This document shows positions 25,067 through 28,543 of a DNA stretch of 28,543 bases, piece by piece (position 1 is the stretch's first letter; each line of letters opens with the position of its first letter). Under the pieces are notes generated by a model. That model had not been told where the DNA came from, did no database searches, and was given only the letters and a program-made list of their open reading frames with translations. The translations under genes and the position numbers were made by a program. This DNA is from Bdellovibrionales bacterium (GTDB lineage Bacteria > Bdellovibrionota > Bdellovibrionia > Bdellovibrionales > JAMPXM01): positions 1 through 28,543 of the forward strand of contig JAYUEN010000500.1 in NCBI GenBank assembly GCA_043739185.1, in the 5' to 3' direction.

Positions 25067-26674
25067 ATGAAACTGACCTTGAAAAACATCGGTATTGCTT
25101 TCATCATTATTTTTCTGGCCGTAGTGGGTATTAAGAAAATGAGAAAACCACATCGCCAGCCTGTGAATGGCAATTCAGCGATTCGCAATGCTGTGCCGGC
25201 AGAAGTTGAAAGTCCAGTTCCTTTGGCTCAAAGTCCCGCGAGCCGAACGCCTTCTCCTTTATTGAAAGCAGCTCCAGTTGCGCCAGTGGTGACTCAGTTG
25301 GCATCAGAACTTGATAATCCCTTTTGTTTGAAGAACGACTTTGTCATTATTCCTTCGATTTATTTACGTGGTTTTTACTATGAAAACGCTTCTATGATCG
25401 CTCTACCTCAATCTTTTGCGAACTGTTTTCAGAAAAACAAGGATCTCGATTTTGTGTTTTTTGAATATCAAGGAGAGCATCAAATACCGTGGCTACACCT
25501 TGTCGGAATGCGCGGACGTATTAAAGACATAAAAAGCTACGTTAATTTTGCAGATCTCAAAAAAAATAGTGATTTTGCTGAAAGTATTATTGATAAATCG
25601 ATCACGCCATTAGTTTATCAGAATATTGGGGCTCATTTTCAACCTTACCTTAATGTGAGATGGGTCGTTGTTTCGATCTCGCGGGACTCAATTGAAGATC
25701 ATCCCGCCTATTGGCCAGAGGCTCCCAAGCTTCATCCTGTAGCTGAGTTTATTTCAGTTGCACAATTCAATGAATTAAAAAATCGTCGAGATGAAAATTT
25801 AATATTTCTCGATGTTCGTTCAAAGCACGCAAAGGAAGAATTTAAATTGCCATTTCAGACGATTGGCCTTCAACATTTTAAGAGAAATTTTGGAGCCTAT
25901 GTTTGGGAGCCTTCACAGCTTGCACAAATTAAATTTTTTTCTGAGCACAATATTATTCACCCACAAAGTCGATTTGTGGTAATTGCTGGCAATAGTTTCG
26001 ATGTTGGAGCAATCAATGCCGCGAACTTTTTGACCGAGAAGGGCTATCGTTCAATTTATATTTTGAAAGAGGGCGCCGCCGGTTTGGGAGGGCCTCCTGC
26101 ACGTCCGTTAAAAAATCTGCTTCATGTGATTGATGTCGATGGGCTTAAACGAATGTTAGAGAGCGAGCCTCAAAAAACTTTGGTCGTGGATTGTCGCGTT
26201 GGCGGACAAAAACATATTTTGATTCCGAATTCGGTCACGGTACAACAATCTGAGGCAGAAGACGGGCATCACAAGATTGATATTACTCCGGTTTCACAAA
26301 TGATCTCCAAGCTTGCGCCACATGCTATCGTTTTTGTCGGTCACTCTGATCATGATAATATGCCAGAACAAATTGCTAGCATGCTCAGCGAGAAGGGCAC
26401 AAATTTTTATAAATTGCGTGATGGTTTCAAGGCTTGGAAATTTTATTCCAACTATAAATGGGATGCCAAAGCAAAAAAAATTCTACATAGGACGTCCGCA
26501 AGGGCCCATATGTCGCCGCCTCATTTTCGGACGAATAACCCTATTAAAGCACCAATTAGAATAGATCCCGTAAAAGTCTATGGACCTCGAGTGGTCAAGC
26601 CTCAAAGAGTTAGGCCTGAAGAGATTGAGCAAATCAAAAGAAACAATCGTCTTCCTTCTCCTGTTAAACATTGA
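25067..26674 (+). CDS. Membrane-anchored protein with two rhodanese-like domains (active-site Cys absent)
   Basis: N-terminal TM and Pro/Ala linker; rhodanese patterns FLDVRS...AANFLTEKGYRSIYILKEG and VVDCR...YKLRDGFKAW. Confidence 0.8.
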   Translation: MKLTLKNIGIAFIIIFLAVVGIKKMRKPHRQPVNGNSAIRNAVPAEVESPVPLAQSPASRTPSPLLKAAPVAPVVTQLASELDNPFCLKNDFVIIPSIYLRGFYYENASMIALPQSFANCFQKNKDLDFVFFEYQGEHQIPWLHLVGMRGRIKDIKSYVNFADLKKNSDFAESIIDKSITPLVYQNIGAHFQPYLNVRWVVVSISRDSIEDHPAYWPEAPKLHPVAEFISVAQFNELKNRRDENLIFLDVRSKHAKEEFKLPFQTIGLQHFKRNFGAYVWEPSQLAQIKFFSEHNIIHPQSRFVVIAGNSFDVGAINAANFLTEKGYRSIYILKEGAAGLGGPPARPLKNLLHVIDVDGLKRMLESEPQKTLVVDCRVGGQKHILIPNSVTVQQSEAEDGHHKIDITPVSQMISKLAPHAIVFVGHSDHDNMPEQIASMLSEKGTNFYKLRDGFKAWKFYSNYKWDAKAKKILHRTSARAHMSPPHFRTNNPIKAPIRIDPVKVYGPRVVKPQRVRPEEIEQIKRNNRLPSPVKH

Positions 26675-26692
26675 TGAATTTTAGATAGTTAC

Positions 26693-28006
26693 TTAGTTCA
26701 AACGAACCAGGCCGTGATTGTCGATGTTAAAGAAAATCGCACCTTCGTTCACAGTAAAAGATCCACTGATAAATCCGCCCACTTCAATTTTTTGCAATGG
26801 CTTTAATGTTGCCGCATTAAAAAAGCAAACTTTTGTATTTTCACAAGAACTTACTAAATATGTTTCTTTCTTTGATTTAATGATGATTGGGCTGGGAACG
26901 CTATAGCGATTTTTAAGGCCGACTTCATTTAAAGGAGTTTGTTGGACAATTTTTCGAGAGGCAAGACTGATTTTGTAGATACTTCCAGATGAGCTTGAAA
27001 CATAGATGAGTTGATTTTCCTCATCTAATGCCGGGCTCGACTGGGAGGCGGCCTCAAGTGAGACTGAAAAAAGCTTTTCTCCGTTATGTGAGCTTACGCA
27101 ATTTAAACTCTTGTCCCAAGACCCAAAGCAAAATTGCCCTTTGTAAAATACTGCGGTTCCCTTGATGGGCCCATCTGTCATGAGTTTCCAAAGCGTGTGA
27201 CCGGTTTCGGCGTCAAGTCCCCAAAAAACTCCGGTATTGCTGCCAACACCAATAATTTTATTGGCTTCATCTAAAGTGGGTGAGGAATGCACTTGTTCTT
27301 CAAAATATTCGGAGACCCAAATCTTTTTTCCGCTATGGCGATTAAGTGCCACGGCATATCCTTGTAGCGGCTGGCCGAATTCAGCCGAGAAAATAACTTT
27401 ATCTTTATACAATAGAGGCGAGGAGCCGATGGCATTGGCTATCGTCGTCGTCCAAACTAATTCACCATTACTCTTATCAAGGCAGTAAAAATTGCCATTG
27501 TAGTTACCGAAGTATACATAGTCTTCGTCAACCAATGCAGTGCCGTGAATCCCTTGCTGGCCACTTTCTGTTTGAAAGCTCCAAATCAAATTTCCGGCAA
27601 GAGTATATTTATAAAAGATACCTAAATCCGTTCCGAAATAAACTCCCGACGAATCAACTGCAGGAGTTGATTTTGAAGCGTTGTGAATTCCTCCAAATAG
27701 TTTATCGATGTGGTAAGTAATGCCTTTTGGCAATTTAAAATTGTTGACTCGATAGGCTCCACTGCGACTGGTGTCGTTTCGGTAAATAGAGGTTAAGTTT
27801 TTTGCGGTTGTCGATGACTTAGTAAAGCCAACAATATTGAAAAAATCTTGAGCTCTGGGATTGAAGATAACTTCATCTTGTAAATGTCGAATCACAGGCA
27901 ATACATTGAGGAAAAAAGTAACGACGATAGTGACGAGTAAGAAAAGTGCCAGCAGTCTTATAAAATCGCCGCGATTGTTTCTGACTATTTTGGCCAAATC
28001 TTGCAT
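26693..28006 (-). CDS. PQQ-binding-like (BamB-type) beta-propeller protein with an N-terminal membrane anchor
   Basis: Repeated SSP...G...LD..G...W blades (STPAVD, SSPLL, SSPTLD, SSPALD); AAGGA RBS. Confidence 0.88.
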   Translation of the reverse strand: MQDLAKIVRNNRGDFIRLLALFLLVTIVVTFFLNVLPVIRHLQDEVIFNPRAQDFFNIVGFTKSSTTAKNLTSIYRNDTSRSGAYRVNNFKLPKGITYHIDKLFGGIHNASKSTPAVDSSGVYFGTDLGIFYKYTLAGNLIWSFQTESGQQGIHGTALVDEDYVYFGNYNGNFYCLDKSNGELVWTTTIANAIGSSPLLYKDKVIFSAEFGQPLQGYAVALNRHSGKKIWVSEYFEEQVHSSPTLDEANKIIGVGSNTGVFWGLDAETGHTLWKLMTDGPIKGTAVFYKGQFCFGSWDKSLNCVSSHNGEKLFSVSLEAASQSSPALDEENQLIYVSSSSGSIYKISLASRKIVQQTPLNEVGLKNRYSVPSPIIIKSKKETYLVSSCENTKVCFFNAATLKPLQKIEVGGFISGSFTVNEGAIFFNIDNHGLVRLN

Positions 28007-28542
28007 ATGTCCTTTTCCCGTACGATGACTAGATTATCAATGTCTGAAAATTGTCTTGAAACCAAATGTGCCTCGAGCGATCGCACGCGGGCGCTTTTAT
28101 TTTGACAAATATGTCGAGCTTGCTCGTAGAAAATTATGGGGTCACATTTGACTCTAGAGGCTAACTCCTCATTTTGAAAATCCAATTCAGTTGTTTGACT
28201 ATCCTCATGCGCAAAGAATACGCCTCGACACATGCTTCGCGCATCAAACATATTGAGGCTCCACAGACGAGATTGACTACCCAAGGCTTTTGCACGCGAA
28301 TTGTTGAGGGAGCTAATTTGCATAAAAATAAAAATGAGCCAAGAGATGGAGCCAAGCAAAAAACTAAGACTGCGAAACTGAATTTTGGTTTCCGTTCGAG
28401 GGGAAAACAAATCTATGAAAAAAAATGCCAGGAGACTTAACATGACGGCAGGGTAAAAAAAGCCGACCCAGTAATATGAAGCGATATGAAAGACGAATAG
28501 GAAGGCAAGGCCGCCCACTCGAAATCTAAAGTTTTTAAAGCT
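27985..28542 (-). CDS. 5'-partial HTTM / vitamin K-dependent gamma-carboxylase-like membrane protein
   Basis: Frame is open to the window edge; FHIASYYWVGFFYP..M and SRLWSLNMFD resemble HTTM/VKGC FH...G.FP..M and EG..FSWRM; C-terminal soluble domain with four Cys. Confidence 0.6.
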   Translation of the reverse strand, partial: SFKNFRFRVGGLAFLFVFHIASYYWVGFFYPAVMLSLLAFFFIDLFSPRTETKIQFRSLSFLLGSISWLIFIFMQISSLNNSRAKALGSQSRLWSLNMFDARSMCRGVFFAHEDSQTTELDFQNEELASRVKCDPIIFYEQARHICQNKSARVRSLEAHLVSRQFSDIDNLVIVREKDICKIWPK

Positions 28543-28543
28543 A

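Noticed and set aside
26693..28006. Calling the propeller bamB or a PQQ dehydrogenase
   Set aside because: No lipobox, no bam context and no dehydrogenase-specific motifs; only generic blade repeats.
286..28440. Numerous 60-130 aa ORFs nested in or antisense to the called genes
   Set aside because: Shadow ORFs with no motifs, fully overlapping well-supported CDSs.

Overview
Gene-dense bacterial window, most likely from a Bdellovibrionota/Oligoflexia-like organism. This is an inference from the style of the MCP and HD-GYP proteins, the many secreted hypothetical proteins, and candidate sigma54/sigma28 promoters. The left two-thirds is a mix of mostly envelope and signalling genes: a TlpA-like thioredoxin, a secreted papain-family peptidase, GNAT / GRDP-like / MFS genes, an orphan SBP next to an MCP, an msrA-msrB-cysK operon, a secreted PepD-like M20 peptidase, an HD-GYP/receiver pair, a DUF2231-like membrane protein and a ricin-B + PL9 lyase lipoprotein. 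The best candidate for an undescribed system is the block at 20332-28543, which abuts an apparently truncated gene. It contains a tightly coupled four-gene operon: two Cox11/CtaG-like CxC-x-HH proteins, a eukaryote-type (class 2) AdoMet decarboxylase, and an ~890-aa polytopic membrane aminopropyltransferase-like protein lacking the usual catalytic Asp. Next to the operon are a divergent exported protein with two Cys-less rhodanese domains, a PQQ-type beta-propeller, and a 5'-partial HTTM/VKGC-like membrane protein. The aminopropyltransferase and the rhodanese protein appear to share an extracytoplasmic ASCH-like domain. No rRNA, tRNA, CRISPR array or intact mobile element was recognised. All family calls rest on motif recognition by eye; no searches were run.
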